The notes beneath the pieces were generated by a model that was not told where the DNA came from, made no database searches, and saw only the letters and a list, made by a program, of their open reading frames with translations. From Octopus vulgaris (Eukaryota): a stretch of DNA of 64,000 bases. Below, piece by piece: positions 12,001 to 26,067 of the stretch. How positions within the stretch are numbered: position 1 is the first letter of the stretch; each line of letters starts with the position of its first letter. The stretch lies in the NCBI GenBank assembly GCA_951406725.2, contig OX597824.1:95046001-95110000 (forward strand). The letters run 5' to 3'. The position numbers were made by a program, and so were the translations under genes.

Positions 12001-14960
12001 AAAGGGTTAATTTTATAGCAGCCATGTCTTCAATGAAAAGCCAGTGCTGTATTATAAAAAGTGTCCATCACAAACATTGTAACATTGAATCCTTCCATGA
12101 CTCACATCAGACATTTTGTCTAATCTGTAGATTAGACAACGTCCTACTTGACCCCCTCTGATAGATTTTATGACAAATTCAGATGCATTACTTTCCTTCT
12201 TATCTGTGTCTTGTTGGTTGTAAGTGGAATGGTTCTTTCCACGAAATAGTGACTTCTCAACTAATTAGTGCTAGGTTCAAATCTTTTACAGGTATCGCAT
12301 TGTGTCATTGAGCAACACTTGTAACAAATACTGCTTGCCTCAAATTTTCAATACAAATGTTGATTTGTTGGGAATATTACCTATGATTGACTAGTTTCTG
12401 TTTGATGGACTCCACGAAACACAAATCTTGTTAGCTCCTGCATCATTTTTTTAATATATTTTCCGGGTCTGCAGGAAGGGAACTTAGAAAATCTTTGAAA
12501 TAATAATGTAATAAACTGAGTTATGTCCATGTTCACAATGGTTTACCTCATAGTTTCCAGAGAGTATTGCTTGGACTTACCATTTTTGGCAGCATATAAG
12601 CCACACTTTTCTTATAGAACAATGAAAGGAATGTTAAACTTTCATCAACTGTTTATGAGTGGATGACAACAAAATCATAGTGAGGGCGCACCACACCTGT
12701 GACCAATCACAATTACATTAAACATCATAGTCAGAAATACAAGATTTACATCCCGAATGCCAATTCTCTTCACCAAAACATAAACAACTATAGAGTTGAT
12801 TTGAAAGAAGACAAGATTGAAATCTGCTGCTCATATAACATAGTTTATTTTTGATAAATCTATTGTTTCATATTTTATTCCAGTCTACCTTTACAGCACT
12901 GCATTTATATATACAGAATCGTACATTCTCCCCCAACACCACCACTAAAATATTTTCCAATAAGTGTGTCACAAAACATACTAAACTTCTGTTTATTCCA
13001 TAAATATACTTGTAAAACATGGGTGTATCTTATGCAAGAGTACATCTTATACATTGGCAAATATGGTACTTTATAAGTCCGATCTGTCTATAACGAAAGT
13101 GTATTTCTAATTTGGTTTTTGTTTATTTTAGAGATGATAAATTTTCTCTTTCAACACATTTATAAACACAGTGTAGTGTTATTTGAATTCATGGCAAGTT
13201 TACCTTAAAATATTCAGCTTATCTGATATCAGTATCTCTCAGTGTGTCATGGATACCAGCCTCATTAAAACTTTCTGTAGTCTTACTTGACAGCTGGGCT
13301 ATTACATGTTAGACCAAAGCATTTCATTCTAGAACCAGCCGTATTCTTCGTGTTTTCTAAATCTACGACGCTCAGAAATACTAAATATGTCAGCAATTAA
13401 TTTTTCCAGTTTTAAATCAGCCTAACTTTTTGTCACATTGGTGTAAGGTAGTCAGACTATTGCTAACTCTACAACGCTTTCTCTTAGACTAAAGGTTGGG
13501 AGATGTACGAAGCAGGAATGTTCTATAAATGTCAGGTATTTTATTATTTTCTTCAACTGCATTGTTATGTGTGAGCTTGAAGGTGTAATGTTGTGTTGAA
13601 GCTGGAAAATCTGAACTATATACAGGTGAGAAAATCTGAACTGTGCACAGGTGAGAGAATCTCACCTGTATACAAGTGAGAAGATCTTACACAAATAGAA
13701 TGTTTCAGGAATTTCACAGTGAAGTGATAATGGCATGTTTATCGTAGAAGAATACAAATGAGTATGTAGTGTGCTCATTACTACAAGCTTTTGACTCACA
13801 GTTACAAGAATTGCTAATGTCCTTGGGAAAGTAACGAATACCACAGGATTCCATATTCCCTCCTGTAATATAAAACCTTTACACTTAATTAAGAAATGAT
13901 TTTAAAATGCTATCTAGTCAATTTACAAATTATCTGAAATTTTAATGAAACCTCTATCTTTATCATTACTAAACATAATTTAATAATGATAAAGATAGGG
14001 GTATCGACTGGCTCATAAATGGTGTTTATACATTAAGTATAATACATAGATGGCTATTTTAGTTTAATACTGACTCACTTGCATATACCGGATTAAATTA
14101 TGTGTGGTATGAGTGCCTTTGCCTTTGAATAGAGAAAATAATAAGCTTTCACCATGGAGTCTGACTGTTTAATATGACATCTAGATATTTCTTGGTCGGT
14201 ATGTTATGAAGTGTGACAAATGTATGGACATAAGGTGTCAACTATGATGAGACGGCTTTCATATTTATCATAGATTGTCCTTAACCTTTCTGTGAATTGC
14301 ATTTAACTTTAATCATTTATAGTCTTTGTCTTTATGGATTTTCTAAAATACCGATTCTGTTTACAATATAGTCAGTAGATATTGCTCTGGAATTTCAAAT
14401 TTTCAGTTTAGTCTTCATTCAGTTACATCAGGGGTTCTCGACCATTTTCTTACCTATGGGCCCCTTTGATTCCTGTTTTTCCATTTGATGTTTAAAAAAA
14501 CCCTATTGTATTTTCATAATTAAATATTATAAGGAACTGTATAGAAAAAAAATTGTTTAAATATTTTGTGTATTGTGGAAGCATAACCAGTTTTATTCGA
14601 CCTTATTTTTAACAACCAAATCTTATATGGATCAACCTTCCCTGGGCCAAATTAAGCCCCAGTTTAGAACTACTAAGTTACATGATAAAGGCTTTTGTTT
14701 TTCTCCATTCATATTGTATTGTCTCCATTCATTCTTTATTTTAATAGTTTTCCAATGCAGCAAACACAAAACACTAAAGCTTAGGGCAGAGACTTCTGCT
14801 GTTGTTAACCAACCCCCCTCAGTTCTATCCATTTAAATTTGCCACACAGATGCAACCAGCTGAAGAATTCTATGGAATGTTGTTCTGGCTATGTCTAGCC
14901 CAAGTTTATTATGGGCATACTGTCCTAATATTAGGAGTTGGTTAAGTGATTCCAATTTAA

Positions 14961-15164
14961 CCCTTTAGCATGTAAACCAGCCATACCTGGCCCAAATATT
15001 TCTACCAGTTATATATTCACACTGGCCAGATCTGGTCTCTCCCACTTAGCCTACAATGTCGTTTTGAAAATATGCAAATACATCATTGAAATCACAAAGC
15101 TACAGAATAATGCTTGATTGATTCAAAACAATGTGAATAAATAAGTTACGTGACTGCTAAAGGG
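14961..15164. mobile_element. piggyBac-like MITE, family 2
   Basis: TTAA-ccctttagca ... tgctaaaggg. Related copies at ~7378-7590, 47680-47912, 56833-57184 (with nested SINE) and 62348-62568. Confidence 0.7.
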
Positions 15165-17464
15165 TCAAAGATGCCTAGGAAAATCTCATTGAGGAACTTT
15201 AGCTGTGGCAACAGATTCATCCGTATTACCAAAGGCTCCATCATTGGTTAATTCAACAACATCTCCTCTCGCACAGACAGGATGGACTCAATAAGAAATA
15301 TAACTGAGAGTTCCATTGATTCTAATTTAAGTGAATTTGGTTTTATGAACACAATATTTGACTATGTAGACTTGAGTATAATTAATGAAAGAAGTAATCA
15401 ACCAACTAATTGAACACAAACTGTTTTTATATTTATTTTTCTTACACAAGATGTTCAAAGTAATCATAGCTTCCTCATAAATAAATAGTTTAATTTTGAA
15501 CTAATTCTCAATTGCCTTTCTGTGTTTGGGTATTTATTTTAGTCAGAGTTTATACGACCGAAACTGTGATGTTTAAAACACTGAACCATCGTGTAATAAC
15601 AACACGAGAATAAACTTCTGAAAGATACAGTGCAAACACTTGTGCAATGGAAATTGCTGCAGATTGAATCATGAGGCATCGTGGTATTGTTTTCGTGAAA
15701 ATATTTTGCAAAGCGCTTATTTAAGAAAACAAATTCAAGACTGTGAATAGAGCTTCTGTCATCTGATATCTTTCTGAAATGATCTAAATAAAACCAAGTG
15801 TTTTCTCAAACACACATGTGCACATTAGCATGCACACACATATACATGCACACATTTGTAGAGGTGATAGGGTAATGCTATAAAGCAAATGGTTGGTCCC
15901 CAGCGAATAGCTTTTGTAACTCAGTATCTGTTGCCCTTTGAAGATGTTTCTCTTCACTTGGACCACCAATGTCTTGTTATTCCTTAAAATATATGTCGAC
16001 AGGGATCAGTTATAAAAAAAATAAACTGACAGAACCAGTGTTTGTGGAGACAAAGTATATGACTGGATCAGGTACTACCAGTCATAGGGTTCGGTCCACA
16101 AAGGATTCCATTTCGAAATTTGGTTTTTTATACATTTTTGGGCATTCATTCTGTTTGAAAAATGGGAATCTTTTTCATTTTATTGCTGCTTAGTTAACAA
16201 TACAATAGTACAATAGTTAAGGTACTGTGTGTGTGTGTGTGTTTGTGTCTGTATTTGTTCCTCACCACTGTTTGACAACCAGTGTTGGTGTGTTTATATC
16301 TCTGCAACTTAGCAAAAATGACCAATAAAATGAAAACAAAACAAGTACTTGGTTCAATTCATTCGACTAAGAATGACTAAGAATGTGTGTGTGTGTGCAA
16401 GTATGCATTTGCCTGTACACATAGGGTGAATACCCCTTCCCCTACACTGCATTATCATTCAAGATGTTTTGCTTTTCTGACACCATGTGTTCCAAACACA
16501 GAATTATGTTCATAGGATGTTAACAAACATAATTCTGTGTTTGGGTACGAGAAAAGGAAAGTATTTTAAATGACTTAACGGGTGTTAGAGATGAGATTCA
16601 CCAAATATAAATTCTTTAGAGATTTTTCACTCTCTTGAAATCTTTACTGGGTTTGATACATTTAGAAATTGTTTTCAGTTCAGCTGCAAAATCTATTCAC
16701 ATTTTTATAGTTTTATAAATAAATTGGGTTGTTAGCTCCATTATCTTCTAAAGCCTTCCTTCTTTCTTGCAAAGGCAGACTGTGTATGGCCTGCATACAA
16801 TGATTAATGGTGAACTTAATTGAGACTGGAGTGTTAGATCTTAAAGACACTAGAGAAATGATTTGTGTAAGATCTGTTGAATGTGTAACTTTAACTTTAC
16901 ATGAAAGGCAGAGCATAAGTAGGAAGCTGAAGGCAGCTTGGCATCCAAAGCATCGATCAGCAAGGTGTCTCTGCATAGAATGGACATATAGTTTATCTAT
17001 GATACAAATAGTCTCTGTTGGATGAATAAATTTCTAAATGTTGGCAGTTAAAGCTATCTGTAGCTGACACAGAGCAAATAACACATAAAGCGAGACGGTA
17101 TTGTGAGGTGTAAAGATATTAACCCTCACAAATAAATTGATAGAAAACAGCATTATACAACACTTCAGATCCCATTCAGTCCGTGCCACCAGAAAAGCAG
17201 ATGTTTAAACTATTTCAATGTCCACTTTTCTGTGCCTGCATGGGTCAGTCAGAGTTTATTGAAGCAGATTTTCTTTGGCTGGATGCCCTCCCAGTCACCA
17301 ACCCTCATCTAATTCCAAGCAAGGTAATATTTCCCTCGTAGCCAGACATGTTTTTGCGTTTTCACAGAATATTGGATATCAATGACACTGCTTGTATGAC
17401 AGTGACACTCATTTACAACTGGCAGACAATATCAAGACAAGAAAACACAGACATACACTCACTT

Positions 17465-19201
17465 GTATATACCTACTGCAGAGATGCTCAAAATATCTGG
17501 TGGTGTCGGCTATAGCCTAGTCACCCGTATAGTTAACCAGGTGATACATGAAGGAGTCATACCCAATGACTGGTGTAGCAGCATCATAGTCAACTGCTAC
17601 AAAGGTAAAGGTGATGCTTTAGATATGAATAATTACAGAGATATCAAGTTGTTGCATCAGATAATTAATGTCACGGAGAGGATCATAGCCCAACTAATTA
17701 GAAAGAGAGTCAATTTAGATGAGATGCAGTTTGGGTTCATGCCTGGGAAAAGCACCACTGATGTTATATTTCTGGTAAGACATCTGCAGGAGAAATACCT
17801 CACCAAAGATAAACCTCTGTACCTGGCTTTCGTTGACATGGAGAAAGCCTTTGACATGGTCCCCCAATCCCTTATGTGGTGGTCAATGAGGAAACTAAGG
17901 ATAGATAAATGGTTAGTGAGAGCAGGACAAGCCATGTACAGGGACTCTGTCAGTAAGATGAGGGTTAGCAACAAGTACAGTGAAGAATTCCAGGTAGAGG
18001 TAGGGGTCCACCAAGGTTCAGTTCTCAGCCCCCTAATAAGTAGGAAGGCAAACAAACCACAAATCCCTTCAGGTAGATGGCCCTGTTTAATCTGTAGAAA
18101 AGGCATAGGTAGAAACTCTATAAGATATACCCAGTGTAAGCTATGGACACATAAGAGGTGCAGCAATATCAAAGGAAGGCTGACTGGGAAGATAGTTTTT
18201 GTATGTGGCAGATGCTCAGGAGCAGTAAATACTGAAAATGTGCAGAGAACTTCTGCCACCTTCCAGGGAGAAAAACTAGAAGTAGTTGATAGCTTCCGTT
18301 ACCTCGGTGACCAAGGTGGGTGCTCGGAAAGTGTAGCTGCTAGAATAAGAATAGCCTGAGCAAAGTTCAGGGAGCTCCTACCTCTGCTGGTGACAAAGGG
18401 CCTCTCACTGAGAGTAAAAGGTAGATTGTATGACTCATGTGTACGAACAGCCATGCTACTTGGCAGTGAAACATGGGCCGTGTCTGCTGAGGACGTGTAA
18501 GCTCGCAAGGAATGAAGCCAGTATACTCTGCTGGATGTGTAATGTCAGTATGCAAACTCGACAGTGTTAGTGCCTTGAGAGAAAAGTTGGACCTAAGAAG
18601 CATCAGATGTGGTGTACAAGAGAAATGACTGCGCTGGTATGGTCATGTGGTGAGAATGGATGAGGATAGCTGTGTGAAAAAGTGTCAGAGCCTAGCAGTT
18701 GAGGGAACCTGTGGAAGAGGTAGACACAGGAAGACCTGGGATGAGGTGGTGAAGCACGACCTTCAAACATTAGGCCTCACCAAGGCAATGACTAGCGATC
18801 GAGACCTTTGGAAATATGCTGTGCTTGAGAAGACCTGGCAAGCCAAGTGAGACCATAACCTGTGGTCTATGCCAGGGGTATAACCAGCCCGCTTATGTGT
18901 ACTTTTCCTTCATTGGACACTAAACTCTGCTTGTGAAGACCTGTTGAGAAAAGTGAAATCGAAATCAAACTCGACAGCACCGCTTGACTGGCATCCGTGC
19001 TAGTGGAGCGCTAAGAGCACCATCCAAGCGTGATCGTTGCCAGGGCTACTGACTGGCTCCTGTGCCGGTGGCACATAAAAAGCACCATTCAAGCGTGATC
19101 ATTACCAGCATCACCTCGGTGACACATGGAAAACAACCTCAGTCAAATCGTCCAACCCATGCCAGCATGGAAAGCGGACGTTAAACGATGATGATGATGA
19201 T
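17465..19201 (+). mobile_element. 5'-truncated, degenerate RTE-clade LINE inside the MOB2 intron
   Basis: RT motifs QFGF, LAFVDMEKAFD, QGSVLSPL and FRYLG; C-terminal WYGHV-RM...GRGR--KTW; premature stops; 3' UTR ending in (GAT)n. Confidence 0.92.
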
Positions 19202-20239
19202 GTGTCCAGTGATGTATAGTATCTGATTGTCTGGTCAATTATGTGACCATGTTATACACACAGACACACGTTATTTGTTATAGATGAGGGGCATTTAACC
19301 ATATGTATGTTGATAAATACACACATTTTGTTTCAGACCTAATTATAAATTTGCCATTAGCAAGTGTTTTCAATCCCTCCAACTATAGAGAATATTGACA
19401 TATAATAGCCTTGAGGTGGCTCTTTAGAATCGGTTGATAAATGATACAATTGTGTCTGTCTCTAATCTATAGTTGTGACATTGACGAGCCTGTATTATTA
19501 GTATTATAATGTCATTTTGTAACACCTGGCTTACTGTAAATATTAAGGCAACATTTTGTATTAGATTCTAAAGAATGCATATCATGTGATAGGTTTATCT
19601 CTGTGAACAGAGCTATGCTAAGCCTGTTTAAATGTTTTTGATGGCAGAGGATAAAAATAAATGTTTTTTAGTGATGATGTGTCTTTAATGGCGAATGAAT
19701 GTGAACTTTGTTTTAAAAAAAAATATTTTAAATATTTACGATTTGAAAGAGAATGATTTGTGTGAGTTTATGTGAAAATAATATTAGCAAATGGTAAATA
19801 GATTCATCTCAATTCGCTTACTTGTTTCAGTCATTTGACTGTGGCCATGCTGGAGCACCGCCTTTTAGTCAAACAAATCGACCCCACAACTTATTCTTTG
19901 TAAGCTTAGTACTTACTGTCAGTCTTTTGCTCAACTGCTAAGTTATAGGGACATAAACACACCAACATCATTTATTAAGCAATGGCGGGGGACAAACACA
20001 GACACACACATACAAATATATATATATATATGATGGGCTTCTTTCATTTTCTATTTACCAAATCCACTCACAAGGCTTTGGTTGGGCCAAGACTATAATA
20101 GAAGACACTTGCCCAAGGTGCCACACTGGGACTGAAACCGGGAACCATGTGGTTGGGAAGCAAGCTTCTTACCACATAGCCACTCCTGCGCCTATGTTCA
20201 AGACCCTTGTATATTGTATATAGACTTTGAACATTATTC

Positions 20240-20290
<51 letters not shown>

Positions 20291-20917
20291 GGATAGGTCA
20301 ATAGATAAAGTGATTGATTGACTGAGCTGGCAGAATTGTTAGCATTCCATGCAAAATGCTAAGGGATATTTCATCTGTCCTTATGTTCAAATTCTGGTGA
20401 GGTTGACTTTGTCTTTTATCCTTTTGGGGTTGATAAAATAAGGACCAGTCGAGCACTGGGGTCAATGTAATCGACTTAACTACTCCTGGGTAAGAGTACA
20501 AAATCTGTACTCCTTCACCAAACCATGTTGAGCCAGGGTGGCAGAGTAGATTCATGAAACCAGAATGATCTCAAGCTCAAATTCCTGGCCTCCACATCAA
20601 ACTGTGGTTGGTGGAAAGGAAATGTGGAGGTCTTTGTCTTGCAATATACTGAAACATAAGCAATCCAATCTAAGATATATATATATTCGAGTATGGTTGA
20701 TGCCTGTGCCACCTGACTGGCTCCCGTGCTGGTGGAATGTAAAAAGCACTCGCTAAACTCTCGGAGTGGTTGGCATTAGGAAAGGCATCCCCAGCTGCAG
20801 AAACCTTGCCAGATCGGATTGGAGCTTGGTGCAACCTCCTGGCTTGCCAGTCCTCGGTCAAATCATCCAACCCATGCCAGCATGGAAAACGGACATTAAA
20901 CAATGATGATCATATGC

Positions 20918-20965
<48 letters not shown>

Positions 20966-21460
20966 ACTCAGATCTCAAAGCACAGAAATGTGTGATAAAG
21001 ATTAGTCTGTAAATTATTTTTGTATCTGTTTTTCCATGTTTGTTAAGGAATGGACAATTCTTGCCCAGCGTCCTCTCTCACCAACTTGTTACAGTCTCTT
21101 GACGGCTGCTTCTTTGTTCAGTTTTGCCTCTTAAAATCCATCTTCACCACTTCTCGTATCTTCCCTTTCTGCAGATTCCTCCCCCCTTTGATGCTTGGTA
21201 CTTCTTCATCTGACTCTCCTCATCCATATAATCCATTCTGTCCACACCAATGAAGCCTTCTCTCTTGCACAATAACATTTGATTTTTCTTGCATCCAATT
21301 CTTCTCTCGGCTGATTCATGCTCCATTATTCATACACACTAAATATCACACATTGCCAGCATTAGATGCTTACCTTATTTCTTTCTCCTCTTCTCCTCAT
21401 CCGACATCCATCTTTCATTATCAGACAACTTTGCATTGCACACTCACATTTATCAAATAA

Positions 21461-21854
21461 CTAGCAGTATCGCCCGGCGTTGCTTGGGTTTGTTTTGACC
21501 CTTTAGAATTGGAATTTTTGAAAAGTAAAAATTTTGCATTATGTAGCTTGTTATTCTCTTTAAGTGAACATTTTTCTGGTTGAAATACACCGAAAAATGG
21601 CGACACAGCAGTAAAAAAAATCGTAAAAAATAGGGATTTTCATAGAAATATAAGCACCTTTTTGATGTAAATAATTTTTGGTGTTAACATGGTCCGATTT
21701 GAATTTTATCTTCTACGAAATGAAGAGCAAGCCTTCTTCTATCATACTCTCAATTTTAGTCAACTTGCGCCGCAGGGTCTCAGAGGAGATAGTGTTAGTT
21801 GAAGGCTACCAAAAATGCCATACACAGACAACTTCAGCTTTATATCTAGAGAGA
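21461..21854 (-). mobile_element. Non-autonomous Helitron
   Basis: On the - strand it begins with TC after an A and ends ...acccaagcaacgccgggcgatactgCTAG before a T: GC-rich subterminal hairpin, CTAG end, A/T insertion site. Confidence 0.75.
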
Positions 21855-22395
21855 TATATATCCTTCTTGGGTCCGCTAAGATCATCATTTAATGTCTGTT
21901 CACCTTCTGGTTTTATCAGGAGCCAAGAAGTGAGAAGGTTATGCCAAACTCCAATGTTTGCTTTGGCATGAGTTCTATGGCTGGATGCCCTTCACAACCC
22001 CAACCACTTTGCAGTGTACTGGGTAATTTATACACGGCACCAGCACTGGTGAGGTCACCAACTGACTCACAAGTCAAGACCCCTGAACCGAGGAGGTGGG
22101 AGTACATTATTGAGGGGAGTGGCTTTATATCAGGGGTGATGAGAGGTTGAAGGATGATGGAGGGGCAGGAACAGGTGTCTTGCAGTAGAGGAGGAGATGC
22201 AGAGTTACTCCTGTTGGAAAAAGAAAGATGATGATGAAAGAGGGGTCAGATTGTGGTCCTCATTCATTCAGTCAAGGCCAATAGGGCAACCCCGGACTCT
22301 TGAGATGACACGTGCGTGGCACCTTGGGCAAGTGTCTTCTACTATAGCCTCGGTGAGTGGATTTGGTAGACGGAAACTGAAAGAAGCCCATCGTA

Positions 22396-22450
<55 letters not shown>

Positions 22451-22964
22451 ATGTATATGTTTGTGTGTCTGTGCTTGTCCCCCCCCACCAACATCACTTG
22501 ACAACCGATGGTAATGTGTTTACTTCCCCGTAACTTAGCGGTTTGGCAAAAGAGACCGATAGAATAAGTCCTGGGGTTGATTTGCTCGACTAAAGGCAGT
22601 GCTCCAGCATGGCCACAGTCAAATGACTGAAACAAGTAAATGAGTAAAAAAGAGAGATATGTTTTCTGTCATGGCACCACCATTTAAACGGTCTCCTAGA
22701 CAACAAGTCTTGAAGTGAAGAGGGTCAAGGTGGTGCTTACTCTGTTGAGTCTCAGTTCTCTTCGTTAAATGTTTGCAATCACCATGGCAGACCAACATCA
22801 ATCACACAAACACAATAATATTCTTGGTTTAATGTTATATCACTTCTCTTTTACTTTGGAAATGTCTGGTCTTTAACGAAGAAATCAATAGATTTGATTA
22901 CATATTGCTAAGAAGGTCATTTTTTTTTTTCTTTTTGTATATTAGCCTACACTTTCAATACCTA

Positions 22965-23347
22965 TGTCTTTACTACCCACAAGGGGGCTAAACAACGGAT
23001 TGAGTCGATTACATTGACCCCAGTGCGTAACTGGTACTTATTTAATCGACCCTGAAAGGATAAGTTGACCTCAGCGAAATTTGAACTCAGAACGTAGCGG
23101 CAGACGAAATACCTATTTCTTTACTACCCACAAGGGGCTAAAAATATAGGGGACAAACAAGGACAGACAAATGGATTGAGTCGATTATATCGACCCCAGT
23201 GCGTAACTGGTACTTATTTAATTGACCCCGAAAGGATGAAAGGCAAAGTCGACCTCGGCGGAATTTGAACTCAGAATGTAGCGGCAGACGAAATACCGCT
23301 AAGCATTTCGCCCGGCGTGCTAACGACTCTGCCAGCTCGCCGCCTTT
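22965..23347 (-). mobile_element. tRNA-derived SINE family B, representative copy with internal tandem duplication
   Basis: Head aaggcggcgagctggcagagtcg, B-box gagttcaaatt, core gcctttcatcctttcggggtc..agtaccag. Other copies at ~9840-10022, 11495-11895, 20322-20480, 28485-28670, 46555-46785, 50125-50348, 59010-59230. Confidence 0.82.
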
Positions 23348-25596
23348 CAATACCAACATGTGTTAATGTAGAAGGAAGAAGAACGTCTTTGATTCCATTT
23401 GCTAGACTCAACACATTCTGTTTTTACTCTGATTCAAACAGCAGGCTGTAAACAGACTGAAAATTACAATTATTATGAATATCCTTAATTTTTTTTTTTT
23501 TTTCTAAACTATATTTAAACCCTTTCACTCTATTTTATGTTAATAACACAGCAGCTTGCAGAATGGTTTTTTTTCTCCACTTCTCTTTTGTTCTATATCA
23601 GCACCATTAGTCGAAACACTATAATTTCTAAAGAGGGTTACAATTATTAATAATACGGTTGTCGTACATTTATACCAATGTTCTTTCTCTGGCAGTTCAG
23701 TTACTCGAAATACTGTACAATTCTTCTTCCAGACATTTATGATTCCAGTTGTTTAGCCTTGAAATCCATTCACAGTGTTTCCTCAATATATTGATTGTCT
23801 GTCTGTCTGGCAGAAGTTCTGTGATAATTTTAGCCTCACATAAATATTAATGCTACCTGTGTTTAGAAAGTTGGCAACACGCCACAAATGTTTCACTTCC
23901 TTATTGCTTTCCATTCATTCAAATATATATCTATATATACACACACACACACACCTACCTATCTATCTATCTATCTATATATAAATATATATATGTATAT
24001 ATATATATACACATACAAACACACATGTATATACACACACATATATATTTGTTTTTTCCTCAGAGGTATTTTTCTATTTCATATTTCTCATTTTTGATTA
24101 TCTGAACAAATGGTATGACATCATTGGCAGATTTTAAATACATTTTTAGTCTACTTAGTACACAGTCATGGCTGTGTGGTAAGAAGTTTACTTCCCAACC
24201 ACATGGTTCTGGGTTCAGTCCTACTGCATGGCATGGCACCTTGGGCAAGTGTCTTCTACTATAGCCTCAAGCTGGCCAAAGCCTTGTGAGTGGATTTCGT
24301 AGACAGAAACTGAAAGAAACCCGTCGTATATATATAGGTGTAGGAGTGGCTGTGTGGTAAGTAGCTTGCTTACCAACCACATGGTTCCGGGTTCAGTCCC
24401 ACTGTGTAGCACCTTGGGCAAGTTTCCTCAACTATAGTCTCAGGCCGACCAAAGCCTTGTCAGTGGATCTGGTAGACGGAAACTGAAAGAAGCCCGTCGT
24501 ATATATGTATGTGTGTGTGTGTTTATATGTTTGTGCGTCTGTGTTTCCCCCCCCCCCCCAACATCGCTTGACAACCAATGCTGGTGTGTTTACATCCCTC
24601 ATAACTTAGCAGTTTGGCAAAAGAGACCAACAGAACAATTAACAGGCTTAAAAGAAAAAAAAATAAGTCCTGGGGTTGATTTGTTCCTCTAAAATTCCTC
24701 AAGGCAATGCTCCAGCATGACCACAGTCTATTGTCTGGAACAACTAAAAAAAAGATAAAAAGAAAGAAAGGTTTATTGAAATATATTTTTATAGAAAGAG
24801 GTTGGTGCAGGCTTTTCTACAAATTGCAATAGTAATCCTAGGTGCAGGTGTCTGCTCCCCAACCACATGGTTTTGGGTTCAGTTCCCCTGGGTAGCACCT
24901 TAGGTAAGTGTTTTCTACTGTCGCTCAGGGCCTGAGCCAACCAAAGCCTTGTGATTGGATTTGGCAGATGGAAACTGAAAGAAGCCTGTGTGTGTGAGTG
25001 TGTTACTGTCTTCTTATCGTTGTCATGCAAGCAGTGTCATTCATTTCTGTGAAAATATGCCCGGTCATGTGGCAGCCATTACCTTAGTTGGAAACAGTTG
25101 AAGGTTGGCAACAGGAAAGGCATCTGGCTGTTGAAAATTTTCTCAACAAATTCTAACTCAGGCAAATATGAAAAAAATGGACGTTAAAACGCTGCTGCTT
25201 CTGCTGTTGATGATGATGATGATGATGATTTAGTTTGTTCTGTATAATACAGATGATTACTTCTTGATTATAGATTTTTATAAAGAAAGCAGTCAACATT
25301 AAAGATTATAGATTGTTTTTTTGTGTTGTTGTTATCATCCAGCATTTCTTTGACTAACTATAGTGTTATTTTTAAGTACTTATTGAAATGAAAATATTTT
25401 CTGTTATTACAGAAAAACTACCTTGTATTGATTTTTCCATAAAAGTAGAGAAAAAAACTAATGGCATTTTAAATGTTTCTCTCTTGATATTCTGGCTATT
25501 TATTGATAAATGTTTTGAGAATTTTGGCTGTCAGTGACTGCAGATGCTCTTGTCTATATGGAATTTTATATGAAAAGTGCTGCATGCAGTGGTTGT

Positions 25597-26067
25597 CATC
25601 ATCGTTTAATGTCCGTTTTCCATGCTGGCATGGGTTGGATGGTTTGACTGGGGACTGGCAAACCAGGAGGCTGCACCAGGCTCCAATCTGATCTGGCAGA
25701 GTTTCTACAGCTGGATGCCCTTCCTAACACCAACCACTTTGAGAGTGTAGTGGGTGCTTTTTACATGCCACTGGCATGGGGGCCAGTCAGGCAGCACTGG
25801 CATTGACCACGCTCAAATGGTGCTTTTTATGTGCCACCAGCACGGGAACCAGTTGGGTGGCACTGGCATCAACCATGCTTGAATCGTGCTTTCTACATGC
25901 TACCAGCACGGGAACCAGTCACGCAGCACTGGTATTGATCATGCTCAAATGGTGCTTTTTATGTGCCACCAGCACGGGAGCCAGTCAGGTGGCACTGGCA
26001 TTGATCACACTTGAATGGTGCCTTTTATGTGCCACCAACACGGGAGCCAGTCGGGTGGCACTGGCAC
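25597..26067 (-). mobile_element. RTE-3'-end-derived short element with ~4.5 tandem 66-bp units
   Basis: Same terminal sequence as the LINE at 19140-19201. About 20 similar copies in the window, e.g. 20690-20910, 35288-35522, 38695-38965, 50590-51027, 54473-54868, 57893-58358, 60570-60960, 63100-63543. Confidence 0.85.

Noticed and set aside
13951-14001. Short hairpins (also 16492-16545 and 43650-43702) as miRNA precursors
   Set aside because: These are AT-rich stems of only 13-23 bp with no supporting features; probably small repeat remnants.
17657-18259. 200-aa antisense ORF
   Set aside because: It is the shadow frame of the RTE reverse transcriptase.
25760-26067. CRISPR-like array, or a 22-aa repeat protein (ORF 25776-26135)
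   Set aside because: The units are contiguous degenerate tandem repeats without unique spacers and belong to an RTE 3' UTR. The context is eukaryotic and no cas genes are present.
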